DNA from: Camelus ferus | Lineage: Eukaryota | Assembly: GCF_009834535.1 (NCBI RefSeq) | Contig: NC_045697.1 | Span: 90,832,001 to 90,896,000 of the forward strand | Reading direction: 5' to 3' | Length of the DNA: 64,000 nt | Shown: positions 38,364 to 49,329 of the stretch, piece by piece | How positions within the stretch are numbered: the stretch's first letter is position 1 | Layout of the letters: the number at the start of each line of letters is the position of its first letter | Position numbers and translations under genes: made by a program | Notes under the pieces: generated by a model | Told to the model about the DNA's origin: nothing | The model's database searches: none | What the model saw: only the letters and a program-made list of their open reading frames with translations

Positions 38364-41300
38364 TAAAAAATGTGTTTAAAACAATTAAAATAATAAGATG
38401 TTGGTAACACATTTATAAATAATCTGAGAGAATAGAGAACCAAGGACATCTTACTCATGTAGCAACAGGTGGCCATAAAGTTACTGATGAATTTTATATT
38501 GTTAAAAATAAGCATATTTATTAAAGAATACAATACGGAAGCTAAAAATAATTTACAAATTGAGAGCATATATACAGCCAAAAATGATTATCCAGAATTT
38601 ATAGAAAATTCTTATGACTCAACAGACAAGAACAGAAAGCCATATTAAAAAATAGGTTAAAGACTTGGGTAGGGTTTTCCAAAAGAGGAAATCCAAGTGG
38701 CTAATAGACAAATGAAAAATGCTTATCCTTTTGGTTAATTAGGAAATTGTAAAATAAAGTTACAGTGAGTAATGTTTCATGTGCATAATACTGTCTTATG
38801 TTCTCAGTGTTTTCCTTTCTGTATCATTGATTTCTGTTCTTTATTATTTCTTCCTTCTATTTATTTGGGGTTTAATTTTCTTTTTTTTTTTTTTTCTAGC
38901 TTCCTAAAGTAGAAACATACAATTTGTTAGTAAACTTTTCTTCTTTTCTTTTATAGGCATTTAAAGCTATAAATTTTTTTCTAAGCACTACTTTAGCTGC
39001 ATCAGACAGATTTTGATCTGTTATGTTTTTATTATTCAGTTTGAAATATTTTATAATTTCCCTTGTGATTTCTTCTTTGACTTATAGATTATTTAGAAGT
39101 ATATTTTAAAAATTTCTAAATATTTGGGGGATTAAAAATTTTTTTATTGTGGTAAAATAGCCATACTATCTTAACCATTTTTAAAGGTACAATTCAGTGT
39201 TGAGGATATTTTGAGATACCTTTCATTTATTGATTTTTAATTTAATTCCTTTGAGGTCAGAGAGTATGTTTGCAAATGTGTCTTTTGAAATTTATTGAGC
39301 CTTTTTTATGGCCCAACATGTGGTCCATATTGATGGAGAATTTTATGTATCATTGGAAATAATTTACTATCTGCAATTTTTAAGTGTGATTTTCTGTAAA
39401 TGTCAATTAGACCAGGTGGTGGTTCTTATATATCATGTAGACTTTTTTTCTTTTTTTTTCTTTTTTATATGAAATACAGAGAGGGATTTAAAATCTTCAG
39501 CTATGATTCAAGCTTTTATATTTCTTCCTTTAGAGCTGTCAGTTTTTGTTTCATGAATTTTGTAGCTCTGTTATTAAATGCATATATAAATATATGTTAG
39601 ACACATATATATGCATTTGTTATGAGATGCTGTATACATATGTACATATATAGTTATGTATTCTTGATGAATCAACTCATCATTTCTTGTAATGCCTGTC
39701 TTGAAGCTGACATTACCAGTTTTCTTCCTTTTATCTTTTTATTTTCAGCCTATTAGTGCCTTTATTTTAAAGGAGGGTTTCTTGTAGACATCACATAATT
39801 AGGTCTTACTAGTTTTAATGTGTCTGTTTCCTTTAAAATCTTTTTTTTTTTGTGACCTCTTGGAGTTTATCAAACACTATAATAATATTACATTTTATTT
39901 TCTCTTTTGGCTTCTTAGTTATGCCTATTTAAACTTTTTTTTATTTTTTAGTGATTACTCTAGGACTTATAATATGCCTCCTTAACTTTTTAAAATCTGT
40001 TTAGTGACAATAAGTATCATTTCACACTTTTCACTTCTCGTCTGAAATTTAATACTTTTTGGCTTACAAATATATAATATATAATTACAAAAATATAATT
40101 GTATTACTTTTGGGCTAGTGTTGTCATATCCTTTTAAACATACTCTAAACCCCATCTTAAAATGTTATTATTTTGCTTTAAACTAAACAATTGTCTTTTA
40201 AGGAAATTGTGAAAAGAAATACCGTAGTCTTCTATATTTACCCGTTTTATTCCTTTTTATAATTTCAGTTTTTATGTGATATTATTTCCCTCTTTGCCTA
40301 AAGAACATGTTTTAGCATTTCTTGTAGTGTAAGTCCACTGACAAGTCATCTCAGCTTTTGTTTGTTTACCTGATAATATCTTTATTTGACCCTGATTTTT
40401 GAGTGATATCTTCACTAGGTATAGAATCTGAGTTGAGTTTTTCCTTTTGACATTTTAAGGATGATATTCCACTGTCTTCTGGACTTTACTGTTTCTAATG
40501 AGAAGTCAGTCATTTGTATTATTCCTTCGTATGTAATCTGTCACCCCACACCCCCGCCCCCAACCCTTCCCCGCTGCCTTCAAGATTTCCACTTTAACTG
40601 CTGATTTTCAGCAGTTTTACTATGATGTCTGTTCAGTGTGGTTTTCTTTGAACTTTTTCCAATTTAGGGATAACTGAAATTCGTGGACGAGAATTTGGAG
40701 TTTTTCTTCAAATTTGGGAAACTTTCAGCTATTATTTCTTTGTACTCTTAATCTTACTCTTTTTTTAATTTGGGGATTTTAATTACATGTATGTTATACC
40801 ATTCAGTAGTGACCCCTGAGGTTCTTTCTGTTTTCTTTTATCTATATTCTCTGTTTCATAGGTCGGATTATGTCTACAAATCTGTCTTCATTTTCACTAA
40901 CTTTTGTCTGCCATCTTCCTTCCATTTTTTTTTTCATATAATAAAGAAACATGTTTGATTTTGAACAATAAGGATCACAAGGAGCCTCCATGGAACACAG
41001 GAAATTCAACTGCTCTTTAGTAATGCTAAATTTAGCAATAACAAAATAATCTCAGTCTAATCTGATTATCAGACTATCTTAATTTTGCCTCTATCAGGCT
41101 ACTACTTGGTAAGTTTGTAATGGAGAACAGAATATCAGAAGGAAGTGTATTGGCATTTCTGATGCCTTTACTGAGCTGGGGAAGACCTTTTAAGTGTTTC
41201 CTATTTTTTTGTTTCTTCTCTTTGAGCACTTGCAGTAACTTGCAAAAGCCATCTATTCCATTTTTGAACATGTTATTCTTTCTAACAGAGAGCTGAGAAT

Positions 41301-41394
41301 CTGCCACTGTGTGATTTTTAAAGCTTTGTTTCCTTGAGCTCTGCTAAATAAATCTGCTTCCATATGAGTCTTTTAGATGTTCAGTCATCCTGCC

Positions 41395-41560
41395 TCCTTT
41401 ACTGTCCCTAGTCCAAGTTAAACCTGCCTGATTGTTGCAAGTGTTTTTCAGATGGTTTGATTTTTCGATCTCTTTTCATCTCTTTTGCACTCCTGGACAT
41501 ACATAAGGCCCATTTGGTCACAGTGCCCACCTTAAATTATCGTGCCCAGAACTGAATGTT
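41395..41560 (-). mobile_element. L3/CR1 fragment
   Basis: ctcctggaca...tttggtcacagtgcccaccttaaatt..tgcccagaactgaa resembles the antisense CR1/L3 RT 3' region. Confidence 0.55.
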
Positions 41561-41571
41561 AAGAGTAGTTA

Positions 41572-42412
41572 GCATTTCAAATCAAAACTACAGCTAGGTA
41601 CCACCTCACACCAATCTGAATAACCATCCCTAAAAAGTCCACAAATAACAAATGCTGGAGAGGGTGTGGAGAGAAGGGAACCCCCCCCCCCAAACACACA
41701 CACACTGCTGGCGGGAATGCAATTCAGTGCAGCCACCATGGAAAACAGTATAGAGGTTCCCCCCCAAAACAAAAATAGAGCCACCATATGATCCAGCAAT
41801 CTCACTTCTGGGCATGTATCTGGAGAAAACTCCAACTCAAAAAGATGCATGCATGCTAATGTTCACCACAGTACCGTTCACCATAGCCAAGGCCTGGAAG
41901 CAACCCATATGTCCATTGACAGATGAGTGGATAAAGAAAATGTAGTGCATATATACAGTGGAATATACTCAGCCACAAAAAAATAACCAAACAATGCCAT
42001 TTTCAGCAACATAAATGGACCTAGAGATTATCATACTAAGTGAAGCAAGTCAGACAGAAGAAGAAAAATACCACATGACATCACTCATAAGTGGAATCTA
42101 AAAAAAGGACACAAATGTATTCATCCACAAAACAGAAACAGATTCACAGACACAGAAAACAAAACCATGGTCACCAGGTGGGACAGGGAGAGTGGAGGGA
42201 CAAGTTAGGAGTTCAGAAATTGCAGATACCAGCCATTGTATATAAAATTGATAAATAACAAGGTCCCACGGTATAGTACAGGGAACCATACTCAACATCC
42301 TGCAACAACCTATAATGAAAAATAATACGAAAAAAAGTGTATAACTGAATCACCATACTGCACACCAGAAACTAACACAACATTGCAAGTCAACTATACT
42401 TCAATTAAAAAA
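41572..42412 (+). mobile_element. 5'-truncated young L1 (ORF2 C-terminus + 3'UTR + polyA)
   Basis: caaatcaaaactaca..aggtaccacctcacacca, ccatatgatccagcaat, acagatgagtggataaagaa; A-tail; TSD aagagtagtta (41561-41571) / aagagtaatga (42413-42423) at a TT/AAGA site. Confidence 0.92.
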
Positions 42413-42424
42413 AAGAGTAATGAA

Positions 42425-42640
42425 GTTTTTTTGGTTGAGCCTTTATGCCAACCATGTACTAAGATGCTTTCCATGTTCCTATATCAATCTTATAGTAACT
42501 CTGGAGGAAGTTTTTGTCCGCATTTTATAGATGGCATTACACAATTTGAAAAGGGTTATGAAACTAACACAGCCAATCAGTGGTGGAGCCAGTAGTATCA
42601 GGTTTGCTGACTCTTCACTCTGAGCATGCTCTCAACACGT
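42425..42640 (-). mobile_element. MIR SINE
   Basis: ttgagcctttatgcca...actaagatgctttccatg...cattttatagatg...acacagccaatcagtggtggagccag. Confidence 0.7.
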
Positions 42641-43002
42641 CCCTCAGGTTGAGTTCATCAGTCTCAGTCTTCTCTTCATTTCAGTTACTTTCCTTCTGTT
42701 ATGAAAGTTCAAGATTTTATTAGTACCTCTTGCTCTTATTGTGTTACCTGTTGGAATCTTTTAAGTCAGAATTTAATTTTAGTATTATTTTATGTTTTTG
42801 AGACCTTTCTAATTTATTTTCAAAGAATGTGGAAGTGTTGGTTTCCCAACATTGATTCTGACTTTATGTAGAGATAGGAAATTTGAGACATCTGTAGATT
42901 TCTAGTAGACATCCTCATGTGTAAGGATGTCTGTAGATCCTTGGCTTTTCCTGTGTTGGTTTCTTTCTTCTGAAGTAAATGTTTAGACTTTTGCCTCTTA
43001 GG

Positions 43003-43164
43003 GTTACAGATTTTTGAGGAATTTTGTCTTTTGAAGTAGGCGATGTTCTGTCAAATTTTGGCAGGTGTTCTGAGTGTAATGGGTAGGTCCATAGATGTCT
43101 TTCTTGGTATATTCACGGGAGAGGATGAGGTAAGAGCATCCTGCTCCGCCATCTTGGCACCCCC
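43003..43164 (-). promoter_or_regulatory. Isolated L1 5' terminus (internal promoter) with YY1-type motif
   Basis: Minus strand begins GGGGTGCCAAGATGGCGGAGCAGGATGCTCTTACCTCATCCTCTCCCGTGAATATACCAAG. CAAGATGGCG (43147-43156) matches the motif found at L1 5' ends. Confidence 0.75.
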
Positions 43165-44419
43165 TATCCATTCTGTTTTTAATCTCATCCAAGTACAAAG
43201 TTTCAGTTCTACAATTTATATTTTTTTATAGTTTTTTTCTGCTGGGACTCCCTATTTGTTCACTCATTAAGACCATCTTTTCTTTCAGTTCATCAAACAT
43301 TAACTATATAATAGTTACTTTAAAGTTCATATCTTAAAATCCAACATTTGAAACATCTGGAAGACAGTTTCTGTTGATTATTGTTGTCATCGTTTTCTTA
43401 ACTATGTGTTATATTTTCCTGTTTCTTTTCACATCTAATAATTTAAAACCTTTTTTACCAGACATTGTAAATATTATACTGTAGAGATTATAGATTATGT
43501 CATCTTCCTATGAGGAATATTGATTTTTTTGTTCTATTGGCTGGCCAGCTTGGAATTTTGTGGGCTTTGTTTTACTGTTTGTCATGTTGGATCTGTGGGA
43601 AGCCTTTCTAACTTGACAAAGCTTCACCTCCAAACTCAACATCTTGTCAGGTTTTGTGTTAGGCTCTGCTAGGGAATCTAGAATAGGTCTTACTATAAGA
43701 TGTGAGCCTTACTTTATAGTATGGCCTAATTTTTAAAGAGTGTCTCACCTGGATTCCCTGGGTGTTAATGAGTGGTTAACAGGGGGTCTCCATTCTCGGC
43801 TGGGTCTGTATGCTGTCATCTCCCAACACCATTAGATCTTTAATATATCTGTTTAGCTCAACCCTACGGCACCCTTTTTAGATATATTTCAGGGAGTCTT
43901 ATCCTCCATATTTGTAGCTCAGCCTCAGCCAAGGATTCACAGAGGTCTGACCCTTACTCAAATGTATTGCCTCCAACTCTGATTAGTTCCCTCTTCCTCA
44001 GTGCTCTGCTCCACAGATTCCACAGCTTCAGTTTCCCTGAATGCTAAGCACTACCTTCACAGCTCAGCAGGAGAGCCATGCTTTGCTTGGGCTGAAGCGT
44101 GTTGTGCCATGGGTGGGAAGTTGTACTGAAAAAGAGAACTGGGGTGATTGTGGAGTCCACCTTGTGAATTTCTCTTCTCTCAGAGGTCAAGGTCTTGACA
44201 TTGCTAGTTACCCAGTGCTAAAAATACTTATTTTATATCAATTCACGGTTATTTTTATTTAGAATTGTAGGCTTGTATCAGTTATTCCATCACAGGCAGA
44301 AGCAGAAGATCATAACTGTTACATCATAAAATTAATGTCTAACGATATTAAGTCCTTGCAAAGAATGGTACAACAGGAACTCATAAACCATTTTTGGTGC
44401 TAGATTAAGTTGTTATAAC

Positions 44420-44600
44420 CATCTTTTTTTTTTTTAATTGAAGCATAGTTGATTTATAGTATTAGTTTGAGTTGTATATCATGGTGAGTCACAATTTTTT
44501 TATAGATTATCCTCCATTTAAAGTTATTAAAAATACTGGCTATATTCCTTGTACTATATAATATATACTTGAAGCTTATTTTATACATAGTAGTGAAGGC
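44420..44600 (-). mobile_element. Short L1 3' tail
   Basis: T-run + aattgaagcatagttgattta...ccatttaaagttatt...ggctatattccttgtactata. Confidence 0.8.
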
Positions 44601-46809
44601 AGCCAGTTGGCTTGATTTGAAGGGGGGAAATGGAGAAAAGAGAGGTGAAGACAGAAAGTAACCTCTGATGCTAGAAGTGGGTAGACTATCTCTTGAATAA
44701 ATGTTAAAGTCTTATAATTATTGCTAAGAACAGTGATGATGAAAATCTTTTGTTTCAAAGAAAGTGTGTTGAAGAGTGACCAATAATTCAATATTGAAGC
44801 AATATATGTAAGTCAATAAATGAAAAACAAATCAGTTTCTAAAGTATCTCCTTCAAAGATAGTGTTACAATGCAGTCTTTGTAATTTCTAAAATTCTAGC
44901 CTACTCCTTCGTTGATGGAGTTGCAGTGATGTGTAACACAAATGTACTTATTAATATCCTGATAAAGATAAAATTTATGAAAAATACACAGTTTACAATC
45001 TTTATTATTTCTTTAGTAAAGAAAAGTTGCTCAACATTGATTGGTCTAAGAAGATCTAGGTATGTGAATTCTCTAATGCAATGGAGTTAAATGTTACTTG
45101 GGAATTAGTTCTAGAGTTCTTTTTAAGTTGAAAATTGAGTATGGCCAAAATACTCTTTAAAACTCCCTTAAGCCACTTGTAAAATACATATGTGAATTTA
45201 AGTATAGCCCTGCATCATATTATGCATATTATATTTATCATATCTATAATAATGTAGCAGGATCATATTTGTAAAATATTCGAATACTTACTATTTTAGC
45301 AAATTTGTGAAGATTCTAACTTGGTGACCCTGTTCGTGGTCATCTTTTTCCTAAGAAGCTGATTTTTAAAATAATTTAACTTTTAGTCAGTGTTGCTCTG
45401 TGTTTCTCAACCCTTTTTTAAAACATGAAAGCCTTTAGTTGTAAAATTAGGTTCCTGAGGTTATGGTTAAAGTGTATACCTGTTTGGACACTTTTAGTGG
45501 TCAGGACATTATTAAAACGTATACTTCCTTTTGTTGGATTTTTATTTATGTGAGTTAACACTTTTGGTTTTAATTATATCAGTGCATATGTTCACTGAGT
45601 AGGATGGTGGTTGCATTAAAAAATAATCACTTGAAAAAAGTAATTGTTATTGCTGAACAAGTATAATCAAATTTCTATAAGTTAAGCATTAGTACTACGG
45701 CACTTTACTGAAATTGAAGTTTGTTTGGGTAGGTGGGATGGGACCAGATTGTGAAGTTTCTTAAGCTGTGTAGGAATTTAGAATATGGAGTGATTGCATT
45801 TCTTATAAAGAAAAGGAATATAACCAAATATAGCTTAATAAGATTTAATCTAACAGAGGCATTAATGTAGGTCAAAGCAGGGGAGGGCAGAAGTTGAGTT
45901 TAAACTTATTTATAATAGTCCAAGGGTAAAGTGAAATGCTGAACCAAAGGAATAGCATTTTTTTAAACAAGTATTTATTAAAAACCAGTTATATTCCAGG
46001 CTTTGAGAGAATTGAAGAAATGCCAGAATTGGGAAAGGATTTTAAAGAAACAATTTATTGTACCAATGCGATAGAAATAGAAACATTAACAAGAAAAGAC
46101 TGGGAGGAAATGATACCGAGATCACATTTGGAAATGTTGAGTCAGTGTCATGGTGTCTATTTACGTAAAATGTCTTTTATCATCTCTCTATATACTAGAG
46201 ATGATAAGAAAGCCAGAAATGTAGATTTTAGAGTGTTTAGTATAAAAGGAAGAACTAAAGCTCAAAGAATGATCAAACTTTTCAGACACTGAAGAAATAG
46301 AAGAGAGGGCAGCAAAAGAGATAGGAATGTCTGCTGGTGGTTATTAGGAGAGAAAAATAGAAGTAGTTATTTGTAGTTTTACTTGAAGAAGGCAAGAAAA
46401 TAAATGGTTTCTGAGATCATGATCCATAAAGAGGTATATTCTAGCTCATCTATATCTTGAATTTTTTTTCTCCACTGATTTCTTACTTTTTCTAAGGTCA
46501 ACTTTGTCCTTAAAATTTGTCTTTTCCTAATGTTTACCCCATTGTACTTACCATCTAGACTGCAGTTCATATAGTGGATGAATAGGAGGTCAGGAAGTTG
46601 AAGCACCGAGGGTTCTTTAAAGAAATATGGCTGAGGGAAACCTTCCTTGCTGGTTCAGCTTCCCCTTGTCCTCTTCTTGACAATATGAGTTATAAATAAG
46701 TATAAAATACATACTTTTGAAAGATATTTTTAACCTGTATTAGTTTTCTATATATAGTATAAACATATTTATATATCAGAAATATACATTTATATTTTAT
46801 TCCCTCCAA

Positions 46810-47960
46810 GTCTTTATTTAACCTTCAGAAAAGTTGTAAGTATAATATAATGAACAACAGTATAACCTTCACCTGGATTCAACATTTGTTAACATCTTAC
46901 CATATTTGCTTTTTCTCTCTACATAATACATATGTAGATGTATATAATATATATGTACATTTTTCTGAACCACTTGAGAGTTGTAGACACTATGCTACTT
47001 TATCCCCAAATGCAAAGCTTGTGTCTTTCAGAAACAAGTACATTCTCCTACATAACCAGAACTATCAAACACAGAAAATTTAGTGTTGATAGACTGCTAT
47101 ATCTAATATATATAGTCTATAGTTAGATTTCTCCAGTTGTCCTAATATTGTCCTTTAAAACTTACTTTTATTTTTTCGATACCAACTCCAAGAATCACAC
47201 ATTATGTTTAGAATTGTATGATTTTAATATTCTTTAATTTGGAACGGTTCCTTGGCTTTATTTTATTTTATTTTTTTTTACGACAATGACATTTTTGAAG
47301 AATCCAAGAATAAAGGCCAATAGTCCCTCAGTTTAGGTTTGCCTGGTGTTGCTACATGATTAGTTTCAGGTTAAATATTTTTGGCAAGAGTATTATATAG
47401 TTGATGTGCCCTACTTAGTACTTCACCTCAGGAGACATAAGATGTCAGTTCCAGAATCAGTCATTTAGTTATCATGGTGTCCACCATATTTCTTCTCTTC
47501 ATATTTCTTCAAACAGGTGAAGGTACCTGATTTTCTTTGTAATTAATAAGCGATCTCTGGAGTGATATTTTAAAACTGTGTTTCCCAGCAGTCTTCACTC
47601 AGTGTTTTACCCTCCATTGATGATTTTTGCCTGAATCAGTTATTACTATGGTGTTTATAAGATGATAATTTTTTGTTATTCCCTCTATGTTAATTAGTTA
47701 GCATTCTTCTGTAAAAGAGAACTTTCCACTCCTTTTTTAAAAATTTTAACTTTCTCTTTTCTTTTTATCTTTTCAGTGTCAGTATACCGTTGACACTAAA
47801 TGGTGTCTAAAATGTATACCATTCCATTCCTGTCATTCATTTTGATGTTCAAAGTGTTTCATGTTTGGTCAGGTTAGAGCTCTCTCAAGATGAGTCATAT
47901 ATGCAACTGTTATATCCTCATTTTTTAGTACTTTTCATAGCTTATGGCATGACAAGGTGG
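46810..47960 (-). mobile_element. L1MC/ME-type 3' end
   Basis: ttttctgaaccacttgagagttg, cattctcctacataacca, catgattagtttcaggttaaatatttttggcaaga. Confidence 0.7.
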
Positions 47961-49329
47961 TCTGCTTGCCTTTACTGGGGGGTGTCTGGTTTTGTGTGTG
48001 TGTGTGTATTAAAATATACATACAAAAATTTACCACTTCAACCATTTTTAAATGTACTATTTTTGATTGCTTTTTAAATGTGGTTTTCCCTGGTTGTATC
48101 CTTGACCTGCTTCTTTTATTACTTTGTTACCTTGTCCACAAGTGAGAGAATTTACTCCTAGGTTTTTAATCATTAACTATGTGCTAATGATTTCCTCACG
48201 TCTTTGTGGGACTCTTGAACTATATAACCAGTAGAATTATATAACCAATATTCTAACTGTTTTCATGTTCCACAGGTATCTCATTTATATTTTGTCTCCA
48301 TTTAAAAAAATTAAAGGAAACATACCCTAATTCTGTCTTTTATATTTTTTAATTTTTGTTGGGTGCCTTAGGAATCTTCATCAATTTCTGACTTCCAACA
48401 TTTGTCACTAGGTCCTGTCCATCCTTTCCTATCCATCCCTCCTGCCATGTGACAGTTCTGGCCTGAACCATCTCTCCATATGGTTTGTACCCTAGGCTCT
48501 TGGCTCTGGTTCATTTCTTTCTAGCTTTCCTCTTGTCCAAGTAGTCTTCTTTCTTTCTCCTTTCCTCTCTTCTTCCAAGCAAGTGAGGGAATTTACTACC
48601 AGAAACCCGAGAAGCAGTACTTGCTTCCTGGCATGTCTTTATCTAAGACTTCAAAGAATGATTTGGCATTTCTCTACCCCTGTCTTTGGTCTTTTTTCCT
48701 CTGTGTTAGCTTCATTTAAGTCAGGCTTTCTCCATGAGGTGGCAATGATGGCTGCAGATAGTTTCAGGCTTACTTTATTTTCAAAGTAAGTGATCCCAAG
48801 GAAAATAATGCAAATTCCTCAAATTTCTAAAATATTAATCTGACCATTTCCCTAATTTTCTTAATGTTCTTCATTGCTTCTTTACTCTCTTCAAGATAAA
48901 GTTCAAATTCTTGGCAAACAACAGTTCATAATTTGGCTCTTACATATGCATCTTCATTGTGCCACTGCTTTCAGTTTTAAAAGTTATACTCCATAAATAC
49001 CAAGTTGCATGTGTTATTTCCTCTGCCTGCAGTATTGTTTTACATTGTTTACTTGCCAAACTCGTTTCATCCTTTAGATTGCAAAACCCAGTTCAAATTT
49101 TACTTTTCCCAGGAAATACCTCTTCAATAGCTTTTATTTTTATCCACCTCAGGAAAAAAATCACTTTTTAAATTCTAACTTTTTACCTCATATGTGCCTA
49201 TTTTTAACTTATACTGAAATGTAATTAACTTGTTTACAAGTCTTTCTTATCCACTGATTATTGTCTCTTTGGTCCCTTTTTGAGCAAGGCAAGGTATAAA
49301 TTTATAAAAACAAAAACAAACATTAGACT

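Larger units (their letters stand above)
36100..38790 (+). mobile_element. Highly degraded L1ME-like element (resumes at ~44311-44425)
   Basis: A-rich ORF1/ORF2 remnants (gagtttatttcaggaatgtaaggct, gcatttgataaa, gcaaggttgcttgatacaaa, ccaaaagaggaaatccaagtggctaata). Confidence 0.65.
38795..44310 (-). mobile_element. Old L1ME-like element (ORF2 start, ORF1, 5' region) interrupted at ~40935-43166
   Basis: Antisense L1M motifs (taggcatttaaagctataaattt, ttccactgtcttctgg...gtttctaatgagaagtcag). Sequence is collinear across the gap (...ctgccatct..tccatt | tccattctgtttttaatctcatcc). Confidence 0.75.

Noticed and set aside
41074..41307. 77-aa minus-strand ORF as the coding cargo of the chimeric insertion
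   Set aside because: GTG start and no recognisable homology or domain; cannot be supported without a search.
42907..42932. 9-bp inverted repeat agacatcct...aggatgtct
   Set aside because: Short enough to occur by chance in 64 kb; no TSD or MITE structure.
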